Below the pieces are notes generated by a model. The model was not told where the DNA came from. It made no database searches and saw nothing but the letters and a program-made list of their open reading frames with translations. The translations under genes and the position numbers were made by a program. From Octopus bimaculoides (lineage: Eukaryota), in assembly GCF_001194135.2 (NCBI RefSeq), contig NC_068984.1, positions 20,617,526 to 20,681,525 on the forward strand: a DNA stretch of 64,000 bases, written 5' to 3'. How positions within the stretch are numbered: position 1 is the first letter of the stretch; the number at the start of each line of letters is the position of its first letter. Shown one piece after another: positions 13,226-26,794 of this stretch.

Positions 13226-15077
13226 ATGTATATATACACACACACACACACATATATATGTATGTGTGTATACCCATATACCAAACAATACAATGGCCTT
13301 AAACTTTTAAACTATACATTAACTGTGCTTGTCTTATATCCCTCTCTTTCTCTCTCTCTCTAACCATCTCACTGATCCTTCAAAAAGACCACCATAAGCC
13401 ATAGGCAATTTCTTCCTCTTTCAACAAAGTAATAAATATATAAATTAATAATATAAATAAGTAAAGAAACAATCAAATAAATATAACCCCTTAAGGAATC
13501 TGAAATTATTGCTTGGGACAATATAAAAACACCAGATTAACCTGGAATACATTCTTTTAGAGGTCATGCATGTCATGACTCATGATAAAGAAACACATTT
13601 ATTCTATAATGCTATTGTTTCCCACAGTTTGTTTTTATGAGTTTTAAGGTGCTAAGGGGCCATATTATGTAACACATATTCAGGAGAAATTGTGGCTAAA
13701 TTTTTACATCTTGTATTTAGTCAATACAAGGTGTGTGATGCTGAATTCCAGGCTTAGTATTTTTGTCATTGTCACAAATGTTCAGAAATGTTGCTATGGA
13801 CTTACACAGCTGATTACATTCCCTACTAAAAAAATGAATAAAGAAAAGAAAGAAGATAGGAAATCAAACCTTTGAAACAATAAACATATTTTTCTTTTCA
13901 GTTAATTGGACTGTGGTCATGCTGGGGCACTCACTACTTGGCAATGGCTTAGTCAATTACATTGACTCCAGGACATAAACTGATTTTTATTATTCTTTTT
14001 GAATTAGACCCGTTATTACAGAATTGCTTCCTTTTTAGTGATGTAAATACTTCAAGGTAGTTACACCAGTTTACAAACACAGATATTTATACATACAAAT
14101 GCATGCCTGACCATTGTGCTGTATATGTTCATAGAACTAGGGGAAATATTGATCTGCTTGGAAACAGATGAGGGTTAGCAATGGGAAGAGTATCAGGCTG
14201 TACAAAACCTGCCTCAAAGAATTTCATCAGACTCATTCAAGCGTGGATAGGTGGTCATTAAAATTACTTAAAAATTCATGATAATAATATTAATGGTTTC
14301 AAATTTCAGCACAAAGCCAGAAATTTCAGGGGAGTTGGTAAGCTGATTGCATTAATCCCAGTACTCTATTGGCCTTGAGAGGATGAAAAGTAAAGTTAAC
14401 CTGAGTGGAATTGAACTCACAACATAAAGATGGATGAAATGCCACTAGACATATTGCCCAGCATGCTAACAACAATGATAAAGATAGAGATCCAAAGGGA
14501 AAAGACCAGTAGAAGAGGAAGAAAAAAAGAGGACATAAACCACATATAGGAGATGACAAAAAAAGCAACTAATGGAGAGACACTGCACTGGGGAAACCCT
14601 CCAATCTATACAAGCATAAGAAAATGGGCTTCAAATGATGATGATAATGTGTACGTATGTATTGAGAGAGAGAGAAAGGATTTGGAGAAAAGGTTAAGGA
14701 TACAAGAGAGGACAGGAGGATAAACATATACAGAGAATCAATGGTCTTCCCTGAGCTGTAGGGGTTCACAAAGTCAGTTTTCTGGATTTTCTGGCATATA
14801 TATTCCTTCTCAGGACAGGACGCCAGTCCTTTGCAGGATAACTTATTTTTGTCCGATGAGTGAACTGGACCGATGTGAAATGAACTGTTTTGCTCAAGAA
14901 CACAACACTTCTAGTCCATGAATCAAAATCACAATCTTTACCATTATGTGTGCAACAGCCTAACCACTAAACTATGCACCGTGCATATATAGACATACAA
15001 AAATATATATATATCAAGGAAATGAGAAAGACCATGGTGGTACTCCAGCATGACCACAGCCACATGGCTGAAATGAG

Positions 15078-15079
<2 letters not shown>

Positions 15080-15154
<75 letters not shown>
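15080..15154. repeat. (TA)n microsatellite
   Basis: Directly visible. Confidence 0.98.
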
Positions 15155-15155
<1 letters not shown>

Positions 15156-16203
15156 CAATGTGTGTATGTGTGTGTGTATATGTGAGATATATAGAGAGAG
15201 AGAGGGAGAGAGAGAAAGAGACAGACACACAGACAGACAGGCTGGAAGATTTTGTAGTTAATTATCTTCAGCCTGTAAATTTCATTAGAATTTTTTTTCT
15301 TCTCTTCATTTCCACATGTCCTTTGGGTTGACATTTGCAGCTAGACAAAAGTCATGTGACATCAAATGACATAGTTGCCAGAGAAGGACCAGGCATATAA
15401 AAGTAAATATAGCAACAGCTTATGTATGTGTATGCGTGTGTGTATGTGCACGCGCGCGTGCACACACACACACACACACACAATCTAGCAGGAGACTGCA
15501 AACAGCTTTATTCAGTATTAAGTATTCATTGTGTGTATCATATGTATTCAACTACAGATATATATATATATATATNNNNNNNNNNNNNNNNNNNNNNNNN
15601 NNNNNNNNNNNNNNNNNNNNNNNNNNNNNNNNNNNNNNNNNNNNNNNNNNNNNNNNNNNNNNNNNNNNNNNNNNNNNNNNNNNNNNNNNNNNNNNNNNNN
15701 NNNNNNNNNNNNNNNNNNNNNNNNNNNNNNNNNNNNNNNNNNNNNNNNNNNNNNNNNNNNNNNNNNNNNNNNNNNNNNNNNNNNNNNNNNNNNNNNNNNN
15801 NNNNNNNNNNNNNNNNNNNNNNNNNNNNNNNNNNNNNNNNNNNNNNNNNNNNNNNNNNNNNNNNNNNNNNNNNNNNNNNNNNNNNNNNNNNNNNNNNNNN
15901 NNNNNNNNNNNNNNNNNNNNNNNNNNNNNNNNNNNNNNNNNNNNNNNNNNNNNNNNNNNNNNNNNNNNNNNNNNNNNNNNNNNNNNNNNNNNNNNNNNNN
16001 NNNNNNNNNNNNNNNNNNNNNNNNNNNNNNNNNNNNNNNNNNNNNNNNNNNNNNNNNNNNNNNNNNNNNNNNNNNNNNNNNNNNNNNNNNNNNNNNNNNN
16101 NNNNNNNNNNNNNNNNNNNNNNNNNNNNNNNNNNNNNNNNNNNNNNNNNNNNNNNNNNNNNNNNNNNNNNNNNNNNTGTATATATATATATATGTATGTA
16201 TGT

Positions 16204-16420
16204 TTATGTTTGTGTGTCTTTGTTTGTTCCCCCCACCATTGCTTGACAACCAATGTTGGTGTGTTTATGTCCCTGTAACTTAGCAGTTTGGCAAAAGAGA
16301 CCAATAGAATAAGTACTAAGCTTACAAATAATAAGTCCTGGGGTTGATTTGTTTGATAAAAAGTGGTGCTCCAGCATGGTCACAGTCAAATGACTGAAAC
16401 AAGCAAAAGAATAAAAGAAT
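16204..16420 (+). mobile_element. SINE family 1, 3' body (5' part in gap)
   Basis: TGTTTGTTCCCCC...GAATAAGTACT...GCTCCAGCATGG...GACTGAAACAAGCAAAAGAATAAAAGAA. Confidence 0.85.
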
Positions 16421-17965
16421 ATGAGAAAAAGAAAGAGAACTTCTTTGCGATTTGAACTTAGAGTGCAGAGAGAGAACAAATACTGCAAAGCATCCTTCTA
16501 GCCAACACAGTAACCACTTAGCCAGTTTATCACCTTTTCTAACCATGAGAGACTCCTTAAATGACATATTGAGAACGAAACAAAGCATGGCATACCATTT
16601 TACAACTGAGGCAAGAAGTTACATTGTTCTTTTCAATATAACTGTCTTCTTGACTGTGTTAGTGGACATAACATACAACAACAATACAGTGAACATAACA
16701 TACAATAATATAACATTCATAACCAACAATCTGCTGTTTACAACTATTTAGTGAAATAGTTTCTTCAGCTATTTTGAGAGCTCTTTTGAAAGAAACCTAT
16801 AGAAAACCTACCTGTGTGAACAGGTAATCAAAACCAGGCTGTAAGCTTCCATTCAGCAGGAACTTACTATCATACAATGCCACATTTAAATAGTAGTTGT
16901 TTTCTGATGCACAAGGCAATTATTTGTGATGTAGAATGGGTAAAGATAGATCAATTTGATTGATCTATTGATTCTAGCACATCACAGGTACTGATTTCAT
17001 TTCAGGCTGGGAGAAACTGACTTGATCTTGATATATTGGGGTATTTACCATGCGAAATGACAAAGAAACTGTATATAATATAACCAATGTCTGCTAATTG
17101 CTAGTCTGAAGCCGCATAGAATATTCCATTTCTCATTATTCCATGTCTAGTATATGCTTATCTACATACCATTGAATATGCATATGAATATTGAATAAGT
17201 ATGATGAAGTATGCCTATCTGCATGGAATAGTTTTTATTCTCTTACTTGATTCCATCACTGAACTGTGGTCATCCTGGGGTATTGGATAGAAGGGTTTAG
17301 TTGATTGGATCAAGCACAGTACTTTATATTTTGAACACTGGTACTTATTCTATTAGTCTCTTTTTGCCAAACTGCTGAGTTACAGGGCTGTAAACAAACT
17401 AGCACCAGTTCTCAAGCAGTGAGAGACAAGCATAAAGCCACACACACACACACACGCAATGGTCTTCTACACAATTTCCATCTATCAAACCCACTTACAA
17501 AGCCTGATCAGGCTGTGTCATGCAGTAGGACTGAATTCTTAACCAAATGGTGGTAAAGCAGACTTCTCAATGATACTACTCACAATGCTTATTTTAAACT
17601 TTTAAAAATATTCTCTCTCCCCTCTCTCAAGAAGGGGCTTTGATTGAGACATCATAGTTCCTATCTTCCTACAGCACATGGACTTATCTAAATTTCTTTC
17701 TCTTCACGTTCAGAGCTCAAATATGGCAGAAGTCAACTTCACAGCTCATCCTTCTGATTTCAGTAAAATAAAGTACTGGTTAAGAGCTGAGATGTAGCCC
17801 TCCACACTTCTGTCATGTCCTTGATGTTCTGCAGTTCCAAATTTGAGAGGATTGAGAGAGTTTCTGTGTCTGTTTGTGATTACTGCTGAAAACACTACAT
17901 TAACTGCTCATATTTTAAAAAAAATATGTAGTCATGCTGGATTGCAAGTGATAGCTTTATATATA

Positions 17966-18170
17966 TTCTTTTATTTGTTTCAGTCATTTGATTGTGGTCA
18001 TGCTGGAGCACTGCCTTTAGTCGAACAAATTGATCCCAGGACTTATTCTTTGTAAGCCTAGTACTTATTCGATCGGTCTCTTTTGCTGAACCACTAAATT
18101 ACAGGGACATAAACACATCAACATCGGTTGTCAAGCGATAACAGGGGACAAACACAGACACACAAATACA
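17966..18170 (-). mobile_element. SINE family 1, 3' body only
   Basis: Reverse-orientation match to the family-1 3' body. Confidence 0.85.
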
Positions 18171-18191
18171 GACATAATCATTTGACTGTGG

Positions 18192-18228
<37 letters not shown>

Positions 18229-18989
18229 AATAGGACGAATTCTTTTACAAGAATTTATCAAGTAGCTAGCTTGAAAAAAACCTCATAAGGGAAAAAATCC
18301 ATCATTTATTCCCGAAATATATATTTATATTTATATAAGGGCATTACTATATAATAACGCCTCACGCCATGAGGGACTCTAAGGTCAGACTACTATAAAA
18401 AGCACATTTTTACCGAATGCGAGGAAATGCAACTCTCAAAGCCAACCCCTTAAAAACGGACTAAATTATAAATATAAATATATATAGATATATTATATAT
18501 ACATATGGCAATGGTGTTTGGTATTGCCCAAAAATTATACAGTGAAATTTGTACAATAAATGTCTCTGCATACTGAACTTTTTGTAGATAAGCAGAAACG
18601 GTTGTAGCAGAAAAGAGAGAGAGAGAGAGAGAAAGAGAGAATTTATTCCCCTCTCTCAAAGTGACAATCCATAAAAACTCAGGAACTTCTTCAGGCACTT
18701 GCATGTGCACACACACACACATTGTTTTTAGCCTTCAAAATTGTATTCTAAGTATAAAGCTGAAGTTTCCTGAAGTTTCTTGAGACTTCCACACATGTAC
18801 TGTTTAATCAAAGTACCATATGTTCAAACCCCCCCCAAAAAAGTATACATATAAATAAAGTAAAAAAAAAAAANNNNNNNNNNNNNNNNNNNNNNNNNNN
18901 NNNNNNNNNNNNNNNNNNNNNNNNNNNNNNNNNNNNNNNNNNNNNNNNNNNNNNNNNNNNNNNNNNNNNNNNNNNNNNNNNNNNNNNNN

Positions 18990-19034
<45 letters not shown>

Positions 19035-20661
19035 TGAATGTCTAGTGGCAGTTATGATGGTGATAGTATTTTTGGTAGTGAGGGTGTTCATGCTGCTGCT
19101 ACTGATAATGATAGGTGGTGATGGGGGTAGTGTTAGCTGTAGTAGTAGTAGTAGTAGTAGTAGTGAATATGGAAAGTGTTCCTGTTGCTATTATCTGCCA
19201 AGTTTGTGTGTGTGTGTGTGTGTGTGTGCTTGTGTTTATACAAAGATATANNNNNNNNNNNNNNNNNNNNNNNNNNNNNNNNNNNNNNNNNNNNNNNNNN
19301 NNNNNNNNNNNNNNNNNNNNNNNNNNNNNNNNNNNNNNNNNNNNNNNNNNNNNNNNNNNNNNNNNNNNNNNNNNNNNNNNNNNNNNNNNNNNNNNNNNNN
19401 NNNNNNNNNNNNNNNNNNNNNNNNNNNNNNNNNNNNNNNNNNNNNNNNNNNNNNNNNNNNNNNNNNNNNNNNNNNNNNNNNNNNNNNNNNNNNNNNNNNN
19501 NNNNNNNNNNNNNNNNNNNNNNNNNNNNNNNNNNNNNNNNNNNNNNNNNNNNNNNNNNNNNNNNNNNNNNNNNCCACCACCACCACCACCCATTCTGAAA
19601 GATGGAGAGTCTATAACTCCCCCTCCTCTCACCATCCTCAAAATTTAGATGCGGGGAGGGGGGGTCTTACACCCCCACACACCTCTTTCTCCCCCTGCTT
19701 CCATGTATGTTTTACCATTGCTTCTCTCTGCCCTCTCTTTCTGACTGACCTCCTCCCACTCTCTCTCTCTTCCTCTCCCCCCCAACTCTCCCATCTACCC
19801 AGACTTGCCTTTCTCAATCTAAATATTAAGAAAATGTCTAACAGAATCTTCTACCCTCTCCCCTCTTTCTTCTTTAAACAAATACTTCCACATTCACTTG
19901 TGCCATAGAGATTGTGTATTCTCTTATTACTCTTCTACTGAGGCCATGCTGGGGCACTGCCTTCAATAGTGTCAGTCAGCACCTCTATTACCATCACTAC
20001 CTATCATCCACTCAAATCTACTGTTAACTTAATCTGGTACTTCATTTATTTCATTTATTTTGCTTTTGATTTAAGTACAAGGCCAGCAGTTTTGAGCAGA
20101 AGGGACAAGTCAACACCATTGACCAGTATTTGATGGTCCTTTATTTTATTGACCCTTGAAAGGATGACAGGCAAAGATCACATGGTGGAATTCAAACTCA
20201 GAATGTAAAGAACTGGAAGAAATACCATAAAACCTTTTTTTCTAGTGTTCTGAAGGTTCTGCCAGTCTTCCACCTTCACCAAATGGCTAAGTTAACTATG
20301 AGTTACATTTCTTTTTAAGAGTTAACTCCCTTTGTTTTTAGTGATCACCAAATGGTATCTATACTGATCTATATTGATACACAAACAAACCAATACACTC
20401 AATGCCAGGGATAGTAGTAGGGTTTCCTAAATAAATGCTTGCCAATATTTAGCCGTACTCTTTTGTGTTCTTGGATCAAATCCTACAGCAATCAACTGTG
20501 CTTCCCCTTGTTCCAAGATGGGTTGATTGAATGCTGGGATTGATTCAAACAACTGTAACCTCATCCACCTTGCCCAAAAATTGGCAGTTGGCTAGGTGCC
20601 AACGTAAACTATTTAATCCTGACCCTGTTTTTATCTGTCTGTCTCTCTCACTTTCTCACAG

Positions 20662-20693
<32 letters not shown>

Positions 20694-22400
20694 CAGAACA
20701 TCATCACATCAAGTCCCAAATACATAATACTGAGTTAATAAAGTTTTATGAGCAAATGAGTGGAGCCTCTACACCAGCAGCTCATCTGCCTAGAAATAAT
20801 AGTAACCAGCCCAAATCTACTAGAAATAATACCTACCATCTTTAAAAAGAGGGAAGTACATATCAAATAATGGGTTCATATATACACTGTATTAGAAACA
20901 CAAAACATTTGAGGTGGTCATGCCAGGAATGCATTTTGATTATAGGTCTGCTTCACTGATGCTGGCTTAGAGGGAAGGATATATCAGATAATGTGCTCTG
21001 CCCTAGAGCTAAGTATCAACAAGCTTTATGAAAAGCTGATGAGGGAACCTCTACATAGTTGTTTAGTCAGCCTGTAATAACACCTAAATTTCTCTCTAAG
21101 TACACCCTACTGTTTTAAGGTAAACTACATCTGAAAGTCAGATGGGATGGACAGTTCGTTTTTCTTAATGGTTTTCTCAATGGCCTCTTTAGGCCATTGA
21201 ACTCAGTATGTTTTTATCTCTTTCTCCTAGCTCTTAAAAGAGTAAGTCTTGAGATAAACTGTAAAAACATCAGACTAGATACCTTGCTGTAGTTGCTCTG
21301 GCACTTTGCATCTAAGTTCAAATCTTGCCAAGACTTACTTGCGTAACAGATTTAATCTGCCACCTGGTTTAACAATCCTGCCTGGTACCTTGAGTATCCT
21401 TAGTAGAATCTATTCTGTTACTAGTGTTTAGGTTAGTCTCTTTCTTGCAACACCGTTGTGGGNNNNNNNNNNAAAAGGGAATATGGGTCTGTCCCTCTTG
21501 CTCTGATGAAACCATACAGACAAAACGAAAACAAAGGATTATTTGTTTTATGGTATTTCATAGGGGCAGGACCATGCTAATCCAATTTCAGGTGCTTGAA
21601 GGATCAGTTTTATCTATCTATCCTTCAAACTACAGGGATTAATAACTAAAATTGTTATTAATATATCAATTTCTAACACAGGCACAAAACCATAAGTTTT
21701 AGTAGATGGATCACATTAATTAAATCAATATCAGCATTTGACTGGTATTGAAATGATTAAATTAATCATTCCTCTCAAACCTGGAGTCAAAGTTAATCAG
21801 AGCAAGATTTGAACTCCGAATGTGAAACAATGCAAATAAATACTATAAAGCGCTTTTGTCTCTTACTCTACTGATGCAGCCATCTGCTATCCTTTTGTCA
21901 GGAGACATATTGGGATATAGACAATATGAAATGTGAAATATCCAGACTTGTTCAAAACCCACCAAGAGGTGTAGTGTTGTAGCTCTAGATTAGACACTTT
22001 ATTTTTCATACCATGTTCTTACCAAGATGCTAGATACAGATACCAGATTTCTTCAGGCTCCTATTTTGAAATAAGTGTTATATGAGTTAACTCCTGTGTA
22101 CTAAAATATGCAAAAGTAGAACTAAGAAGTCATCTTAAGAGACCTCTGGGAGAATGTTGAAACTCACACTCAACAGATGTGAAATGGAACACTGATCAAG
22201 ATGTTAGATTACCAATTCAAGGGTTGTAAGATCATATCCTACCAATAGTAATTTCAGGATATAATATTGTACTCTTGAGTAGGGACTGGATAGACACAAA
22301 ACTGCTGATTCAATTGCAGAACCAACATTCAAATGAAAATAAACAATAGTATACATAATAGCATACTCAATTATAAAATTAAGAACTTCATATATATATT

Positions 22401-22745
22401 GCTTCCCAACCACATGATTCTGGGTTCAGTTCCAGTGTGTGGCACCTTGGGCAAGTGTCTTCTACTATGGCCTTGGGCCAATCAAAGCCCTGTAAGTGGA
22501 TTTAGTAGACAGAAACTGAAAGAAGCCTGTCATATATATATATATTTGTGTGTTTGTCCCTCCACCATCGCTTGACAACTGATGTTGGTGTGTTTATGTC
22601 CCCGTAACTAGTGGTTTGGCAAAAGAAACTGATTAAGTACCAGGCTTACAAAGAATAAGTCCAGGGGTCGATTTCTTGGACTAAAAGGTGGTGCTCCAGC
22701 ATGGCCAAAGTCAAAATGACTGAAACAAGTAAAAGAATAAAAGAA
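22401..22745 (+). mobile_element. SINE family 1, near full length
   Basis: Head, internal (TA)n/(TG)n and 3' body all present. Confidence 0.85.
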
Positions 22746-24588
22746 TTCATAAAACACATACACACATGCATGCGCATGCACACACACACGCCATACAGAT
22801 TTGTTCAGATTAAGTTGGATGAACAGAGTAGTACTTAGAACAACCTAGACAAATACAAATTCAAACATTGATTAAATAAATTAAGTACATCTCAGGAAAA
22901 GTTATCTATGTTAGTGACTATCATTCTATCCAAAGGAAGATGTGTGTTACAGTCAGAGTTCCTCTCTTCTATACACACACAAACACACAAACACACACAC
23001 TATTCCTACTTGTTTAAGATTTAAAAATTCAAAACAAATTCTATTGAGATCCCAAGTTAAGCCCAAGTGTTTACAAACTCTGACGAAGCAAATTATCATA
23101 CTGCCTTTATATTGATAAGATAAGATAGATAAGACATAAGATGTACATTATTAGTTGAACACATTGTTCTACCAAATTCAAAAAGAGAAAAAAAATCCCT
23201 CAAAACAATGAAAGCCTGCAGTTGTAGAGAGGTACAGACATCCTTCAACATGAAGCAGAGCAAGATGTGATTCATACATAGTCTGGGACAGAATGACATG
23301 GTCAGGTATTTCAAACATTACTGGGTTGGACAAACAACCCCATTAACACTGATGTACCCCTCTAAAATATGCATATGTGTATGAGTATGTGTGTGTGTGT
23401 GTGCATCTAAGTGCATGCATGTACATAGTGCACACAATGTAAATAAACTATGTACAAATGAGTCATTGAGATTGCTTCTGCATGGCTGCTCAATTTGCTA
23501 GAGATAGTAACTAACTCTGCCTCATGGAAAGTAAAGGTGCAATGATGAAGAGAATGATGACGATGATAATGACAAGTGGAATCATGACCCTTAAGATTGA
23601 AAATGTACCAGACAGGAGATGAAATTTTCAGTTGCATTTCAAGGACTGAAGAGGTTATGGAACTCTCCACTAATGATCTTATTAAAAATTACTATCATGG
23701 ATTATTGGAACCTATCACAGTTTTGAAGAATTAAAATCTTAGAAAAAAAGGCTCTTTCTGGGTAGTTATTCAAGGGTGATGTACAAGGCCAATTACCTTT
23801 ACAACATCTCCCTGATTGGTGAGGTTGGTATTGTTAATGGCCCAAACATCTGCAGGTCAATGACTTCAGAAAAAAAATGTGGGCATGAAGCGAACTGTAG
23901 ACAGGTTTGAAGGCTTTAACAAGATTAACTCTACTAAAGACTAGTGGGCGAGGTGGTATTAAACCAAGTGCTAGAGTTAGGTCTACTACCATTCAATGCT
24001 AGTTTATTTTTCTGAATACAGCAATATAAACAAACAAAAACATACACACATTCCATTTTGCCAGCAGTGGTAATCCATTTCTCCTCAAAATGCCTATTAT
24101 ACAGTTATGTGAATTTAGCCAATAATTGCCTCAGAAGGTATTAGATTTTTGATGCAGGCATGGCCGTCTGGTCAAAAAGGTTGGTTAGTTCCTGGTTTCT
24201 ACTGCACACCAGTCTGGGCAAGTGTGCTACTATGGCCTCAGCTCAACCCAAGTGTTGCAAGAGAAGTCAGGTAGATGGAATCTATGTGCAAGGCTATATA
24301 TCTGTTCTTGAGTGGTAGACTTAATTCATTGCCAGGTCTGACACCATCATCTGTACCCTGGGTACTTTTTATTGGAATTTATTTTGTTGCAAGCATTCAG
24401 ACCATTTACTACATCCACTCACAAGGTTTCATTGGGCCTGGGCCATGGTACAAGACATTTGCTAAAGGTACTGCACGATGGGAGTGCACATGAAAATACA
24501 TGCTTGAGAAGCAAGGTTCTTTGCCATACAGCCATACCTGCACCTATTGTGTGTGTGTGCATGAGAGATCAAGAGAGAGAGTGTGTGT

Positions 24589-24744
24589 TTAACCCTTTAG
24601 CCTTTACAATGATGTCAAATTGTAATGTTTATTTTCATTCACTGTGTTGAATTAAGAAGGCAGATTTTAATGATGTGATTAATTTATATTTAGAATGACA
24701 TTGTAGGGTAGGTGTGAGAGCCTGGGTCTGGCTGGTTTAAATGC
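24589..24744. mobile_element. Possible piggyBac-like (TTAA) MITE remnant
   Basis: Begins TTAACCCTTTAGC and ends GCTGGTTTAAATGC; the right end is truncated. A similar-style relic lies at about 48210-48435. Confidence 0.35.
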
Positions 24745-24956
24745 CTCAATAAACTTCACAAGCACAGCAGTTCTCCTTACCTTAAGACTTGGGAATATGC
24801 AAAAAGAATAGATTCATGGGGCTTAGGGTAATTTACATAATTAAAATAAAGATGAATGAAGAGAAATAACTGAGTGGACACTGGGATGAACAACAAAGAT
24901 AAATAAAGATATAACTAAATGCCAACATAGATCAGTGCGTACACATACATATATGT

Positions 24957-25054
24957 GTATGTATGTATGTATGTATGTATGTATGTATGTATNNNNNNNN
25001 NNATGTATGTATGTATGTATGTATGTATGTATGTATGTATGTATGTATGTATGT
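24957..25054. repeat. (TATG)n microsatellite with 10-N gap
   Basis: Directly visible. Confidence 0.95.
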
Positions 25055-25324
25055 ATATATATATATATATATATACATGTATATACAATATGTGTGTGTG
25101 TATGTGTATATGTTATGTCCATATGTGTGTACTATTGTGTGGCACTGTCTTTCTCATGAATAGATATTCACAACCCAGGTGCATTTCCACATGTTGCATG
25201 TAAGTTGCATTTGAATGCATGCATGCCTGTCTGTATCCATATGAATGAGTACCTCTATATAGATCACACATGATGCTTACAAACATAGACACGCGTGTGT
25301 ATGCATGTATGTCTAGTGCCTATA

Positions 25325-25365
<41 letters not shown>

Positions 25366-26267
25366 NNNNNNNNNNATATATACATAGAGAGAAAGAGAGA
25401 GAGAGGGAAAGAGAAACAGAGATAGAGCGAGAGATGAAGAGAAATTTCTCTCTGTATACCATCATTCCAGGGTCTGTCTTATCTGTAAAAAACATTTTAT
25501 ATTCCTTGAGCACCCCCACCCACATGTACTTCCTCCCTTCACACTTTCACTCTCAACTCACCCCACCCCTCAAGGCAGTGTGAAAATGCCAGTAGGTGGA
25601 AGTATTAGTGGCAGGGTGGTGATGGTGGTAGAATAGACACCCTATTCCCCACATCACTATCCTGCTTTCATTCTCCAGAAGAAAAATCTCCCACCCCATC
25701 TATCCTACCACACGACACCCTCTACCCTCTATCTATCTCTAGGTATCTATCTTCCATTCTGATTACCCACCCACATTCATGTTGGTACAGCACCCACTAC
25801 CACCTTCCACCCTTAGCCAGCCAGCCACAACCTTCCCAATGAAGACATCTACCTCACCCCATCCTGAAACTAAGCTAAGCCTTAATATATTAAAACACAT
25901 CTCTGCCAACCAAATCTTAACACGAAGAGAAAGAAAGAAAGAAAGAGAGAGATAGATAGATAGATAGAGATATGTGGGGTAGATATATAACTTCTGCCCA
26001 CATGCTTCCTTTCACTCTGATAGCTCCCTTGCTGGAGGTGGTGGCAGTAGTAGCATTAGAGGTGGTGGTGGTGGTGACGACGACGACTATGATGATGATG
26101 ATGATAGTGTTGTTGGTGATGGAAGTACTGGTTGCTTTGAGGGTTGGTGATGCAATGTATGTGTGTGTGTGTGTGTGTGTGTGTAAGTGTGCACATATGT
26201 TAGTCTATATGCGTAGCTGTATTTGTTTATGTAAGATTATATATATTGTATATATGTATATACATAT

Positions 26268-26305
<38 letters not shown>

Positions 26306-26745
26306 ATGAGAGAGTGGGGGAGGAGTAGGGAAGATAGGAAGCTAAAAATGATGAAGTAGTGTATCTGTAAAGGTAGGTAAAGGAAGGGAGGTGGTTTGAT
26401 TGGTGTGTGGGAGGATGGGAAACAACGATAGAGAGAAAGAAAGAGAAACTGAGTGGGAGAGAAAGAGAAACAGAGAGAATAAGAGTGAGGGAGAATGAAA
26501 AAGAAGATAGAGAGGAGAAATATTTTTTTTTTATCTCTGAATATATACCATTCCATCAGCTTGAATGTCTGAGTGAAATAACTTGTTCATTGCGGTTGAG
26601 TGAGAGTTTGAGTTAGGGTTGCTTTTATGAGTGGATATATCTACAAGTCTGAAAGTCTGAATCTATGAGTGAGTGCACATGTTTGAATGTATGTGTGTGT
26701 GCGTGTGACTATGTGGTGGTGTGGGTAGATTTGACATCCTGAGAG

Positions 26746-26794
<49 letters not shown>

